Shown here: positions 1 to 10,602 of the stretch, one piece after another
How positions within the stretch are numbered: position 1 is the first letter of the stretch
Layout: each line of letters begins with the position of its first letter
Notes under the pieces: generated by a model
The model's input: only the letters and a program-made list of their open reading frames with translations
Database searches by the model: none
What the model was told of the DNA's origin: nothing
Translations under genes and position numbers: made by a program
Assembly (NCBI GenBank): GCA_012729475.1
Contig: JAAYDB010000003.1
Coordinates: 472 to 64,471, forward strand
Source: Bacteroidota bacterium
GTDB lineage: Bacteria; Bacteroidota; Bacteroidia; Bacteroidales; VadinHA17
Reading direction: 5' to 3'
DNA length: 64,000 nucleotides

Positions 1-157
1 TTTCGTCACTTTAAATATACTGATTTTCAGAGATATCTGAAAACTCCCTTTGCTTTTTTTATGCCATTTTATTAACTTTTTCTTACTTGCGAAACTTCAA
101 TTATTTATTTATATGTAAGTCGGGGTGAAGGAAAATCCTGTGACCTGATCTGTTCTT

Positions 158-808
158 TCAGGCCATCTTGATTAGAATGGATTTAATAATGTCAGCTACA
201 TCTTCTGCACGATCAACACACCTCTCGAGTATCTCAAGAATCTCATTGTTCTTAAGTAGTTCAGCAGCATCTTTTTCTTTGTCAAAAAGTTCTGAGACAG
301 CTACATAGTAATACTCATCAACCTTGTGTTCTATTGCTGTTACATTGTTACAGGCCTGGGTAATCTCTTTTTTATTGGCAGCAAAATCATTCAGACAGTG
401 GATGCCAACTTCAATTTCTTTGGCAGCTTCATAAAGCATGTCCGCCATGACCTTGTATACTGCAAGGAGTTTTTTTGGTTTGTAAAGACATATCCTTCTG
501 CTTACACCGTTAATTGAATCAACAACATCATCCATGTGAAAAATCAGATCCTGTATATCTTCCCGGTCAAATGGGGTGATAAAGGATTTGTTAAGCTGTT
601 CGTAGGTCTTATCTGTAATAATATCACCAATATGTTCAACTTCTTTTATCTCCTTATGTATCTTTTCATGGTCTTCAGTCTCTGTGAAAGTGAGCATGTG
701 CCTGAGAAGTTCTGAGGCTCTAACAAGATTTTTTGCACTTTCCTCGAAAAGAGGATGAAAAGAATGATCCTTTGGAACAAAAAACTTGAGGATCTTATCA
801 ATATTCAT
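158..808 (-). CDS. DUF47 family phosphate transport regulator (PhoU-like)
   Basis: 216 aa; 'SFITPFDREDI', 'EHxxD' and 'D(R)AEDVAD' motifs; directly downstream of a PiT gene. Confidence 0.9.
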   Translation of the reverse strand: MNIDKILKFFVPKDHSFHPLFEESAKNLVRASELLRHMLTFTETEDHEKIHKEIKEVEHIGDIITDKTYEQLNKSFITPFDREDIQDLIFHMDDVVDSINGVSRRICLYKPKKLLAVYKVMADMLYEAAKEIEVGIHCLNDFAANKKEITQACNNVTAIEHKVDEYYYVAVSELFDKEKDAAELLKNNEILEILERCVDRAEDVADIIKSILIKMA

Positions 809-888
809 CGTTAAAATTTATTGATCAGTGTGAAAAAAAAGAATAATACTTCTGTATTAAAATAACAAAAATAAAAAAAACCGGTGAA

Positions 889-3177
889 TCAGGTCATTTC
901 TATTTTACTGAATTGGTCAGTCATTTTTTGCGACTTGTTACTCAGGATGAAATCCCTGTGTGATTTTAGCATATTTATTGTATGAAGCACCAGATTTTTA
1001 CTTTCAGATAATAAATTCAGATACATAAGAGAATTTCTTGTACCGACCAGTTCGGATTTAATGAACTTAATGTGTCTTTTCTTTATTTTGGAGATATGAT
1101 CCAGAATCTCTTGCTGTTGTGATATCAGATTGTTTATTTCATTAAATTTTTTTGTTTTGCTTATTCTGAATATTTCATCAAAAAAATTATTCATCGATTC
1201 GTTAAGTTCATGCAGGTCTTTAACCTGTGCTGGTATCAATGGTGGGTGATTATTATCTATATATTCATATATACTGTCAGAAATATATCTGAGACAGTGG
1301 GCCATTTCTCTTATATAGTCAAGTATCTGGACATAAAACGGGCCAGTTTCAATAGAATCCTCCTCAAGCTTTTTTAAAATAGGGTAGATGTTGTATTTCA
1401 GTTCCTTGGCATCCTTGTTCAGTTCATTAACATTTTTGATGACTTTTTTCATTTTCTTTCTGTCTTCTCGGATCAGGCTTAAGATAGCTGAAAAATACAG
1501 CTTTGATACAGTATTTGCTACTTTTGTTATTGAAGAAGAACATTTTTGCATAACGTTTTCCCCGTTGAGAGTTTCTTTATCATCCAATTCATCTTTTTTG
1601 TTCTGGACAAGAAGTCGCTTTTTATGAATGAAATTGGTTTTTATTACGAGGAATACCGCAAGTGCCATAGCTGTAATAATAGCTATTAATCCGCCCCAGT
1701 TAAGGAAAAGGGCTACAATTGAGGATACAGTAAAAGCGATAAGGGCAGTAAAAAACCAGCCGCCGATTACAGTAGTTACACCAGTGATGCGGAAAACGGC
1801 ACTTTCCCTGCCCCAGGCTCCATCTGCGAAAGATGTACCCATGGCTACCATAAAAGTCACATATGTTGTTGAAAGAGGAAGTTTAAGTGAAGTTGCTGTT
1901 GCAATTAGTATACTGGCTACAAACATATTCACTGAAGCTCTTAGTTGATCAAAAGAGGTCGAATCATTTTTGTTTTTTGTCTTTTTGTTGAAAATCCGGG
2001 GGTCGAATCTTTTATCGACAAACTTTATTACTTTTAATGGAACAATTCTGTTGAAGAGTTTCGATGCTCCCAGTGATCCTCTTACTACTGTTCTTGATAT
2101 TCTGGAAGAAGCAAATCTTTCTGTTCCTGCATCCTGACGGGCAAGACCAATTTCGGTCTGTGATACACTGCGGGCTTTTTTTGAGAAGAATAATGTTGCA
2201 ACCATTATAAAGCCGGCCAGCATTAGAAAATATGTTGGTGTTTTTACCGGTTCACTGAGAGCTTCCATGGTGTATGTGTCAGGATTAAAACCGGGAGCAG
2301 ACAGTGCTTCTCTGAAAGATTCAAATCCGGCCAGAGGAACTCCTATGAAATTCACAAGATCATTTCCTGCAAAAGCCATTGCCAGGGAAAATGTTCCAAC
2401 CAGTACGATAATTCTCAGAATATTTATCCTGAAGAATGATATCAGGAGTTGCAATACAAGGGCAATGGAAACAAAAGAATATAACAACAGTTTTAGAGTG
2501 TTTTCCCTGAACCAGGTCAGCGATTCTTCGTTCATGAACGATGCTCCTTTGGCTCCTTTTACAATCATGAAATATATTATTGCAGTAATTGCTAATCCCC
2601 CCCACAAGGCACCGAAATATTTCATGTAACGCTGGTAATTAAAAGAGAAAACCAGCCTTGTGAAAAACTGGACTATCATACCTGCAGTAAAAGCGATTAC
2701 TACTGAAAGTAGAATGCCCGATATTATTGCCAAAGCTTTTGTTGAATTGATATAACCTGCTATATCAGAAAACCCTTCAGAGGTTTTTGAGATTTTAATA
2801 AGGGATATTGCTACCGCCGCCCCCAAGAGTTCAAATACTATAGAAACAGTTGTTGAAGTAGGTAAACCGAAAGTATTAAATGTGTCCAATAAAATAATAT
2901 CAGTGATCATTACTGCAAGGAAGATTATCATGATCTCTGAAAAATAGAATTTATCCGGGTGAAAGATCCCTGACCTTGCTATCTCCATCATTCCGCTGGA
3001 GAATGTAGCTCCAACAAGAACTCCCAATCCGGCAACAGCAAGAATCACTCTGAAGGGAGCTACTTTAGAACCTATGGCTGAATTGAGAAAATTTGCCGCA
3101 TCATTGGATACCCCGACTACAAGGTCCGAAATGGCCAGAATAAACAGAATGATTACAAAAATTAAATATATATTCAC
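889..3177 (-). CDS. Inorganic phosphate transporter (PiT family) with C-terminal PhoU-like helical domain
   Basis: GTG start; 'GVSNDAAN', 'GLPTSTT', 'GNDLVN' and 'LPLSTT' PiT signatures; many TM segments; soluble helical C-terminus. Confidence 0.88.
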   Translation of the reverse strand: MNIYLIFVIILFILAISDLVVGVSNDAANFLNSAIGSKVAPFRVILAVAGLGVLVGATFSSGMMEIARSGIFHPDKFYFSEIMIIFLAVMITDIILLDTFNTFGLPTSTTVSIVFELLGAAVAISLIKISKTSEGFSDIAGYINSTKALAIISGILLSVVIAFTAGMIVQFFTRLVFSFNYQRYMKYFGALWGGLAITAIIYFMIVKGAKGASFMNEESLTWFRENTLKLLLYSFVSIALVLQLLISFFRINILRIIVLVGTFSLAMAFAGNDLVNFIGVPLAGFESFREALSAPGFNPDTYTMEALSEPVKTPTYFLMLAGFIMVATLFFSKKARSVSQTEIGLARQDAGTERFASSRISRTVVRGSLGASKLFNRIVPLKVIKFVDKRFDPRIFNKKTKNKNDSTSFDQLRASVNMFVASILIATATSLKLPLSTTYVTFMVAMGTSFADGAWGRESAVFRITGVTTVIGGWFFTALIAFTVSSIVALFLNWGGLIAIITAMALAVFLVIKTNFIHKKRLLVQNKKDELDDKETLNGENVMQKCSSSITKVANTVSKLYFSAILSLIREDRKKMKKVIKNVNELNKDAKELKYNIYPILKKLEEDSIETGPFYVQILDYIREMAHCLRYISDSIYEYIDNNHPPLIPAQVKDLHELNESMNNFFDEIFRISKTKKFNEINNLISQQQEILDHISKIKKRHIKFIKSELVGTRNSLMYLNLLSESKNLVLHTINMLKSHRDFILSNKSQKMTDQFSKIEMT

Positions 3178-3482
3178 CTTTTGTTTATTTCCGTTATCAT
3201 GCTACCGGACTGAATTCTAATCTTTAACTCTATCTGCCAGGCTAATCCGGTAATGATATTCAAATATAATCTTTTTACAAAATTTGATGTAAAATTAGAA
3301 AATATGCCTTAATACTATCTGCCGGATTGTTAATTTTTTGTTACGAAACACAGACCATTTTTTTCATATTTAACTGCATCTTATGGTTAGAATTATTTTT
3401 ATTTATTAGCTGTAAACAAAAGAAATACCCAATACAGCAAAAACAATGATAAATATTCATCACAATACTTTACTTATTCCGA

Positions 3483-3535
3483 TAATAATCACTAATTTTA
3501 AGTCTTATGACAATAAGTAATAATCACTAATTTTA
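3483..3535 (+). repeat. Perfect 18-bp direct repeat TAATAATCACTAATTTTA (3483-3500, 3518-3535) upstream of pepD
   Basis: Read directly from the sequence. Confidence 0.8.
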
Positions 3536-3541
3536 TTAATA

Positions 3542-5002
3542 ATGAACGATATACGCAAACTTGAACCCGGGTCATTATGGAATTTCTTCTATGATCTGAC
3601 TCAGATCCCACGTCCTTCAAAAAAGGAACAAAAAGTTATAGATTATATAGTAAAGTTTGGTAAAGATCACAAACTGGAGACCATTGTTGACAAGACCGGG
3701 AATGTTATTATTAAAAAACCGGCTGCCAGGGGTATGGAAAAGAGGGAGGGTGTTGTATTACAGACACATCTTGACATGGTGCCTCAGAAAAACAATGATA
3801 AGAAGCATGATTTTGAGAAGGACCCTATTGAGACTCTTATTGATGGAGACTGGGTAAAAGCAAACGGGACTACACTGGGGTCTGACAATGGGATAGGTGT
3901 TGCTGCTACATTAGCTATTCTGGCTTCCAAAGAAATTCCCCACGGTCCGCTTGAAGCACTATTCACAATTGATGAGGAGACAGGAATGACCGGCGCTTTT
4001 GGTTTGAAAAAAGGACTACTGGATGGAGATATTCTTATTAATCTGGATTCTGAAGATATAAATGAGCTTTGTGTGGGATGTGCCGGTGGTCTAGATATTA
4101 GTGCAAGAAAGAAATACAAGGAAGAAAAAACACCTGAAGGCATGACTTCTTACAGAGTAACAGCCAAAGGGTTAAAAGGAGGTCATTCAGGAGTGGATAT
4201 TGCTATGGGCAGGGCTAACTCAAATAAGCTAATGTTCCGTTTCCTTATGCAGGCTGAATCGGATTTTGATATCCGGCTGGCTGAAGCAGAAGGAGGTAAT
4301 TTACGTAATGCAATACCACGGGAATCATATTCTGTACTGCTTGTTGAAGATGAAAAAGTAAAAGCTTTTGAGAAATTCGTGAAAGAATATGAAAAGATCT
4401 GTAAAGCTGAATTTACTGATACCGAGCCGGATATGTCATTTTTATCCATTAAATGCGAAATGCCTGAAAAAGTAATGGCAAAAAAGGATCAATACAGGAT
4501 TATAAGAGCCGTTTTTGCCTGCCCAAATGGTGTTCAGCGAATGAGTCAGGCAGTAAAAGGATTAGTTGAGACCTCTAACAACCTGGCTATCGTAAAAGTG
4601 AGCAATGGTAACTTTGAAGTCCAGAATCTGTGTCGCAGTTCTGTTGATTCAGCAAAAGAAGCTACGGCATGGCGTATAGCAGCTGTTTTCCATCTTATTG
4701 ATGCCAATGTAGAGATGTCAGGAGGTTATCCAGGATGGAAACCAGATATGGATTCTCCGATACTTGGTATATCTGCTGGTGTTTATAAAAAATTGTTCGG
4801 AGTAATGCCTGAAATAAAAGCTATTCATGCCGGACTGGAATGTGCAATTATAGGAGGAGTTTATCCGGCTCTTGATATGATCTCTTTTGGACCAACTATC
4901 AAGTACCCGCATTCCCCGGACGAAAAAGTAGGGATAACTTCTGTAAAGAAATTTTTCAGCCTGCTGTGTGAAACACTGAAACAGGTGCCTGAGAAGAAAT
5001 AG
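3542..5002 (+). CDS. pepD: Aminoacyl-histidine dipeptidase (M20C)
   Basis: 'QTHLDMV', 'GTTLGSDNGIG', 'DEETGMTGA', 'IHAGLEC' and 'HSPDE' motifs. Confidence 0.93.
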   Translation: MNDIRKLEPGSLWNFFYDLTQIPRPSKKEQKVIDYIVKFGKDHKLETIVDKTGNVIIKKPAARGMEKREGVVLQTHLDMVPQKNNDKKHDFEKDPIETLIDGDWVKANGTTLGSDNGIGVAATLAILASKEIPHGPLEALFTIDEETGMTGAFGLKKGLLDGDILINLDSEDINELCVGCAGGLDISARKKYKEEKTPEGMTSYRVTAKGLKGGHSGVDIAMGRANSNKLMFRFLMQAESDFDIRLAEAEGGNLRNAIPRESYSVLLVEDEKVKAFEKFVKEYEKICKAEFTDTEPDMSFLSIKCEMPEKVMAKKDQYRIIRAVFACPNGVQRMSQAVKGLVETSNNLAIVKVSNGNFEVQNLCRSSVDSAKEATAWRIAAVFHLIDANVEMSGGYPGWKPDMDSPILGISAGVYKKLFGVMPEIKAIHAGLECAIIGGVYPALDMISFGPTIKYPHSPDEKVGITSVKKFFSLLCETLKQVPEKK

Positions 5003-5050
5003 AGGAAGATTGAATACTATGGTGTATATGATTATGGTTGTAATGTGAGA

Positions 5051-5575
5051 TTAATCAACTTTTATCTCGACAAGTAAATCATCCTTCATTACATTTGCAT
5101 TAGGTTTAACAAGTATCCTGGTTACTGTGCCACTGACAGGTGATTGAATTTCATTCTGCATCTTCATGGCTTCCAGAATGACTACTGGTTCTCCGCGTTG
5201 TACGACAGCCCCCTCTCTGACGCATACATCTATTAATTTACCAGGCATCGGCGCTTTTACTGATTCTTGTTCAACCTTCTTTTTAGTAGCATTCAGGACT
5301 TTCATTCTCTTCATCGAGAAAGGAGTCTCCACGGTGAATGTATAGCTTATATCATTGAAAAGGATTTCATAGCTGTTTTGCCTTGACCTTATTATCTCAA
5401 CAGGGTATTTCCTGTTTTTCCATAAAATATAAGTGCCGTATTTTTCATCACTTTTTAAACTTACTACATAGTCGCGCTTGCCTATACGGATCTTGTTCCG
5501 TAAAGGAAGAGTGAAACAGAATTTTCTATTTTCTGATGACAGGGTATAAAGCTTTTTTATCTGAAGGGTACTCAT
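5051..5575 (-). CDS. Biotin carboxyl carrier protein of an acyl-CoA carboxylase
   Basis: 'APMPG' and 'EAMKM' biotinylation motif. Confidence 0.9.
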   Translation of the reverse strand: MSTLQIKKLYTLSSENRKFCFTLPLRNKIRIGKRDYVVSLKSDEKYGTYILWKNRKYPVEIIRSRQNSYEILFNDISYTFTVETPFSMKRMKVLNATKKKVEQESVKAPMPGKLIDVCVREGAVVQRGEPVVILEAMKMQNEIQSPVSGTVTRILVKPNANVMKDDLLVEIKVD

Positions 5576-5592
5576 GGTTTTTCAAAAATGTT

Positions 5593-7098
5593 TTAAAATT
5601 GGTTCATTCTCTTGTTCATAAGCCAGGGGCTCATCTCTTTTCCGTTTTCGAAATCTACCTGTATGCTGTTTTCCTCAAGGTTCTCCTCAACGAACATTTT
5701 TGTTGCCAGCCAGGCAGCAAGCATCTCCTCATATTCACTGTTTAAATAGTATTTTTCAATATCTTTTTCGATAAAGGCTGTTGTGAAAGTCCCTTCAAGG
5801 AACTTTTGGTTTCGTACCAACATCCTGAAAAAGGGAAGAGTGGTTTTTGTTCCTTTGATCCATACTTTGTCGAGAGCCATTTTACAATTCTTGATGGCAT
5901 CTTTCCTGTCTTTTCCTTTAACGATCAGTTTAGCTATCATGGAGTCATAACTGGATATTATTGAAGATCCCACTGTAATCCCTGTATCAACCCTAATGTC
6001 CGGTCCTGCAGGCATACTTAAATTTTCAATTTTACCGGGATCAGGTGCGAAACCAGCCTGTACATCTTCAGCATTTATCCGGCATTCAATGGCCCAACCC
6101 TTTAAATTAATATCTTCCTGTTTAATATTTAATGTATTGCCATTAGCAATTTGTATCTGCTGCTGGATGAGATCGATACCCGTAACCAACTCTGTCACCG
6201 GATGCTCAACCTGTATCCTTGTGTTCATCTCCATGAAGTAGAAATTATTATCCGAATCAAGAAGAAACTCAACAGTACCAGCAGAATAATAATCCACTGC
6301 TTTGGCTATTTTTACAGCTGTTGCACCCATTTTCTGCCTAAGATCACTGTTAAGTGCACTGGAAGGTGCTTCTTCAAGGAGTTTCTGATGCTTCCTTTGG
6401 ATAGAACACTCTCGTTCACCTAGATGTATCACATTCCCAAATTTGTCTCCGAGTATTTGAAACTCAATATGTTTAGGGTTTTCAATATATCTCTCGATAA
6501 AAACTGAAGGATCTTTGAACGCTTTCTCTGCTTCCTTGCTGGCTATTATAAAGAACTTCTCCATGTCTTCAGCTTTTCTCACGATACGCATACCTCTTCC
6601 ACCACCTCCCGAGGCCGCCTTAATGATAACCGGATAACCTATTTTATCTGCAAGAGTAATAGCTTCTTCTATATTGGATATATTTCCTTCACTACCACTT
6701 GCCACAGGAATACCATTGGCCAGAGCTATTTTTCTGGCAATAGTCTTGTTTCCCATTTTATATATGGAATCCGGGTCCGGCCCTATGAAAATAAGCTTGT
6801 TTTCAAGACATTTATTAGCGAAATATGCATTTTCTGCCAGGAAACCGTAGCCAGGATGAATAGCATCAGCTCCGGTATTCAACGCAATTTCAATAATTTT
6901 TTCAATATCCAGAAAAACTGGTATTTCCGGAAGTTCTTCGCTGTAATCATAAATCTCATCAGCGTATTCAAGATACATTGCGTTGGGTTCAACAGCAGCG
7001 CGAACAACAACTGTTCTTATTTTCATCTGTTTTGCAGTTCTTATTATCCTGATCGCAATCTCACCCCGGTTTGCTATTAATATCTTTTTTATTTTCAT
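5593..7098 (-). CDS. accC: Biotin carboxylase subunit
   Basis: 'ANRGEIA', 'HPGYGFLAEN', 'GGGGRGMR' and 'EMNTRIQVEH' motifs. Confidence 0.9.
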   Translation of the reverse strand: MKIKKILIANRGEIAIRIIRTAKQMKIRTVVVRAAVEPNAMYLEYADEIYDYSEELPEIPVFLDIEKIIEIALNTGADAIHPGYGFLAENAYFANKCLENKLIFIGPDPDSIYKMGNKTIARKIALANGIPVASGSEGNISNIEEAITLADKIGYPVIIKAASGGGGRGMRIVRKAEDMEKFFIIASKEAEKAFKDPSVFIERYIENPKHIEFQILGDKFGNVIHLGERECSIQRKHQKLLEEAPSSALNSDLRQKMGATAVKIAKAVDYYSAGTVEFLLDSDNNFYFMEMNTRIQVEHPVTELVTGIDLIQQQIQIANGNTLNIKQEDINLKGWAIECRINAEDVQAGFAPDPGKIENLSMPAGPDIRVDTGITVGSSIISSYDSMIAKLIVKGKDRKDAIKNCKMALDKVWIKGTKTTLPFFRMLVRNQKFLEGTFTTAFIEKDIEKYYLNSEYEEMLAAWLATKMFVEENLEENSIQVDFENGKEMSPWLMNKRMNQF

Positions 7099-7398
7099 AC
7101 GAATATTTTAATATTATTTTATTCGTTTATTTAGTTATTATTTCAGTGGTCGAATGGAACTTTCATGAATTGAACAATCATTTCTTTTTGTGAGTTTCTG
7201 CTCATGTAAGTTTCATCAGAGCTATTTTTATTATTAATGATTCTTCATCCTCACGCAAAATATATATTATCTGTCATTTTTATATTAGAGATCTGATAAG
7301 GATGGTTCATAATCATATACTTTTGTAAGTATTATAGATTAACAGTTATGAATAATTGATATGTTTTGAATTTAACCCCTATTGACAGGATTTGTTGC

Positions 7399-8955
7399 TT
7401 ACAATGGCATATTTCCATGTTTTCTTGAAGGCACTTTTACCCATTTATTGCTTAGAGCCTGAAGGGCAGATATAATTTTTTTCCGTGTTACTGCCGGATC
7501 TATTACCTCATCAATATAACCACTTTCATCAGCAATAAAAGGATTTGCAATTTTGTCACGGTATTTTTTTACCAGTTCTTTTTTTAGTTCGGCAGGATTG
7601 GAAGATTCTGCCAGTTCTTTCCTGTACAGAATTGCCACAGCACCATCAGGACCCATTACTGCAATTTCTGCAGTAGGCCAGGCAAAACTGAAATCCCCTC
7701 CCAGCTTCTTACAGTTCATTACAATAAATGCTCCTCCGTACGCTTTTCTTAGGATCACCGTTATGCGTGGTACTGTTGCTTCACTGTAGGCAAAAAGAAG
7801 CTTGGCCCCATTCCTTATAATTCCCGCATGTTCCTGATCAACACCTGGCAGAAAGCCCGGAACATCTTCCAGGGTGATAATGGGTATATTGAAAGCATCG
7901 CAGAAACGAATAAATCTTGCACCTTTTGTTGATGAGTCTATATCAAGGACACCGGCCAGTACCTTTGGTTGATTTGCAACAATCCCTATAGTTTTCCCTT
8001 TTATCCTGGCCAGCCCGGTTACAATATTGGGTGCATATAGTTCTGCTGTTTCAAAAAAACTGTTACGGTCAACAATAAGGTTGATAACATCCTTTACATC
8101 ATAAGGTTTATTTGGATCATCCGGAACAATATCCCTTAATTTATCATTTATATCAGGTGTTGAATTATCCTCAGGTACGAAAGGAGGATTCTCTACATTA
8201 TTTGAAGGCAGATATGTCAGGAATTTTTTAAGGGCCATAATGGTGTTTTCCTCGTCATCATATATCATATGTGCCACACCACTTTTACATGCATGTACTT
8301 TAGCTCCTCCCAGTTCATCAAATGTAACTTCTTCATTCAATACTTCCCTGACTACATTCGGTCCGGTTACAAACATATAACTGGTATGATTGACCATAAA
8401 GACAAAGTCAGTCAGTGCAGGGGAGTACACCGCTCCTCCGGCAGCAGGCCCCATTATCACTGAGATCTGAGGTATAATTCCGGAAGAATGAATAATGTTT
8501 TGAAAGATTGATGCATATCCGCTCAGGCTGGCAACACCTTCCTGTATCCTTGCTCCTCCCGAATCCATCATTCCTATAATGGGAGAACCCATTTTGAGTG
8601 CCATCTCCTGTATCTTAGCGATTTTTTGCGAATGTACAGCCCCAAGAGAACCTCCCATAATAGTGAAGTCCTGTGCATAGGCAAAAATGAGCCGGCCATT
8701 AACTTTTCCATAACCTACAATTACTCCATCACCGTAGGTTCTTTCAACTTTGCCGAATTCTACCGGCTGGTCAGCAGGAGTGACAAAGGTATCTATCTCT
8801 TCAAATGTGCCCGGATCAAATAGAAGATTTATCCTTTCCTGAGCCGTAAGCTTGCCTTTTGAATGCTGCTTTTCTGCCTGCTTTTCGCTGTACTGTTTTT
8901 TTAATGCCTCCTGACGTTTAAGGAAGGCCTTATAACTTTTACCCGATATGTCCAT
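7399..8955 (-). CDS. Acyl-CoA carboxylase carboxyltransferase (beta) subunit, PccB/MmdA-like
   Basis: 'DSGGARIQEG', 'DVPGFLPG', 'RKAYGGA' and 'KHGNMPL' motifs. Confidence 0.92.
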   Translation of the reverse strand: MDISGKSYKAFLKRQEALKKQYSEKQAEKQHSKGKLTAQERINLLFDPGTFEEIDTFVTPADQPVEFGKVERTYGDGVIVGYGKVNGRLIFAYAQDFTIMGGSLGAVHSQKIAKIQEMALKMGSPIIGMMDSGGARIQEGVASLSGYASIFQNIIHSSGIIPQISVIMGPAAGGAVYSPALTDFVFMVNHTSYMFVTGPNVVREVLNEEVTFDELGGAKVHACKSGVAHMIYDDEENTIMALKKFLTYLPSNNVENPPFVPEDNSTPDINDKLRDIVPDDPNKPYDVKDVINLIVDRNSFFETAELYAPNIVTGLARIKGKTIGIVANQPKVLAGVLDIDSSTKGARFIRFCDAFNIPIITLEDVPGFLPGVDQEHAGIIRNGAKLLFAYSEATVPRITVILRKAYGGAFIVMNCKKLGGDFSFAWPTAEIAVMGPDGAVAILYRKELAESSNPAELKKELVKKYRDKIANPFIADESGYIDEVIDPAVTRKKIISALQALSNKWVKVPSRKHGNMPL

Positions 8956-9167
8956 AGCCTTTTTAGATTATCTAAATATCAGGAAAAAGCTCAGATCACT
9001 GAACTTATCTGATTTATTTCCGTTTTTTTTTCGGCTCCAAAATTACGTAATATATACATATATCCAAATAAAAATTCGAACGTTATTATCATATATGTTT
9101 AAAACATTTGATAGCAAGTTATATATAACGAATAAATTATCGACCGTCTTGTTTTATCTGTCTGACT

Positions 9168-10526
9168 TTATTTCTGAGCTTGTCTTCCTGTTTTATATCC
9201 CCAAAATGCATAATACATAATTATCAGATAACATGGGACGCATATCCAGTATGCAGTCTGCGTTGAAAAGATTACAGCCAGCTTCCCATACATCAAAGGT
9301 AAAAGAGCTCCACCTGCTATTGCCATTATAAGCATGGCTGATCCGGTTTTTGTAAATTTCCCAAGACCGTTAAGTGCCAAAGGCCAGATAGCGGGCCAGA
9401 CAAGAGAATTGGCAAGACCCAGAAGTGCCACAAAGAGAACGCTAACAGGCAGAATAAGATCAAGCTTTCGGAAGGTTGTTATATCGATGAAAGGCATGAC
9501 AAACACTTTCTCAGCAGGAGATAATACTGCACCCAGTGAGAATAGTACACCCAGAATTGTGCATATTCGTAATGCATTAACCTGTTTGAGATATCGTGGA
9601 ATACATACAATACCCAGAAGATAACCCAAAATCATTCCCAAAAGAGTCAGTGAAGTAAAATACTTTGCTGAATCCATTGGAACTCCTATTGATTGGCCAT
9701 ACCTGATGATAGTGTCACCGGCTATTACCTCTACGCCAACATAAAAAAAGAGTGCTGTCACCCCGAGCAGGAGATGTGTAAACTGGAATATGTTTGTTTT
9801 TCCGGTATTTGATTTTTGAGTATTTCTATCTTCAGAATCCGTATCCACTTCCGGCAGGTTGGCAAATCTTAAAAGTAGGCCCAGTAGTATAAGAATTACC
9901 GCCATTGCAATGTATGGCATTATTACTCTGCGGGCCATCTCATCCAGTAACATGGCACGAAAAGCCTGATCGGCGGTTGTAGCGAGTTTTTCATCCAATA
10001 CCCCGGAGTCTTTCAAAATGATGCTTGCCAGTATAACCGGTGCAATAACTCCTGCAAACTTATTGGCAATTCCCATTATACTTATTCTTCTGGCAGCACT
10101 TTCACGTGGACCAATGATCGTAATATAAGGATTTGATGCAGTCTGTAACAGGGCTAAGCCTGTTCCTTCTATAAACAGTCCGGTAAGAAACAGACCGAAT
10201 GTTCTTGTGAGAGCTGCAGGTATGAAAATAAGAGAACCAAGTGCCATAACCCATAATCCTGCAGACATCCCATTCCTGAAACCGGTTTTCTTAAGGACAG
10301 CCGAAGATGGAAGTGCCATTACGAAATAAGAAATATAAAAGGCGAACGTAACAAAATAAGCCTGGAAATCATTTAACTCACAGGCAGTTCTCAAAAATGG
10401 TATAAGAATACCATTAAGCCATGTTACAAAACCGAAAATGAAAAAGAAAAGACCTATTATAGTAATTGAAAATATATAATCTCTCCTGTTAATTGGATCG
10501 GAGCTAGTTTTATTTGTCATAATCAA
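9168..10526 (-). CDS. Sugar MFS transporter (FucP/GluP family)
   Basis: 'LLQTASNPY', 'YVGVEV' and 'MAIAGGA' motifs; about 12 TM segments. Confidence 0.88.
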   Translation of the reverse strand: MIMTNKTSSDPINRRDYIFSITIIGLFFFIFGFVTWLNGILIPFLRTACELNDFQAYFVTFAFYISYFVMALPSSAVLKKTGFRNGMSAGLWVMALGSLIFIPAALTRTFGLFLTGLFIEGTGLALLQTASNPYITIIGPRESAARRISIMGIANKFAGVIAPVILASIILKDSGVLDEKLATTADQAFRAMLLDEMARRVIMPYIAMAVILILLGLLLRFANLPEVDTDSEDRNTQKSNTGKTNIFQFTHLLLGVTALFFYVGVEVIAGDTIIRYGQSIGVPMDSAKYFTSLTLLGMILGYLLGIVCIPRYLKQVNALRICTILGVLFSLGAVLSPAEKVFVMPFIDITTFRKLDLILPVSVLFVALLGLANSLVWPAIWPLALNGLGKFTKTGSAMLIMAIAGGALLPLMYGKLAVIFSTQTAYWICVPCYLIIMYYAFWGYKTGRQAQK

Positions 10527-10602
10527 ATAATTAAGTATCTATGGGAAAGGAGGTTATCCTTGTCTGTCTTACTAAAAAAAAAGTAGTGATACAAAAGAGA
10601 TT

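Noticed and set aside
24-43. Palindrome TTTTCAGA-gata-TCTGAAAA
   Set aside because: AT-rich and at the window edge; cannot distinguish terminator, operator or chance.
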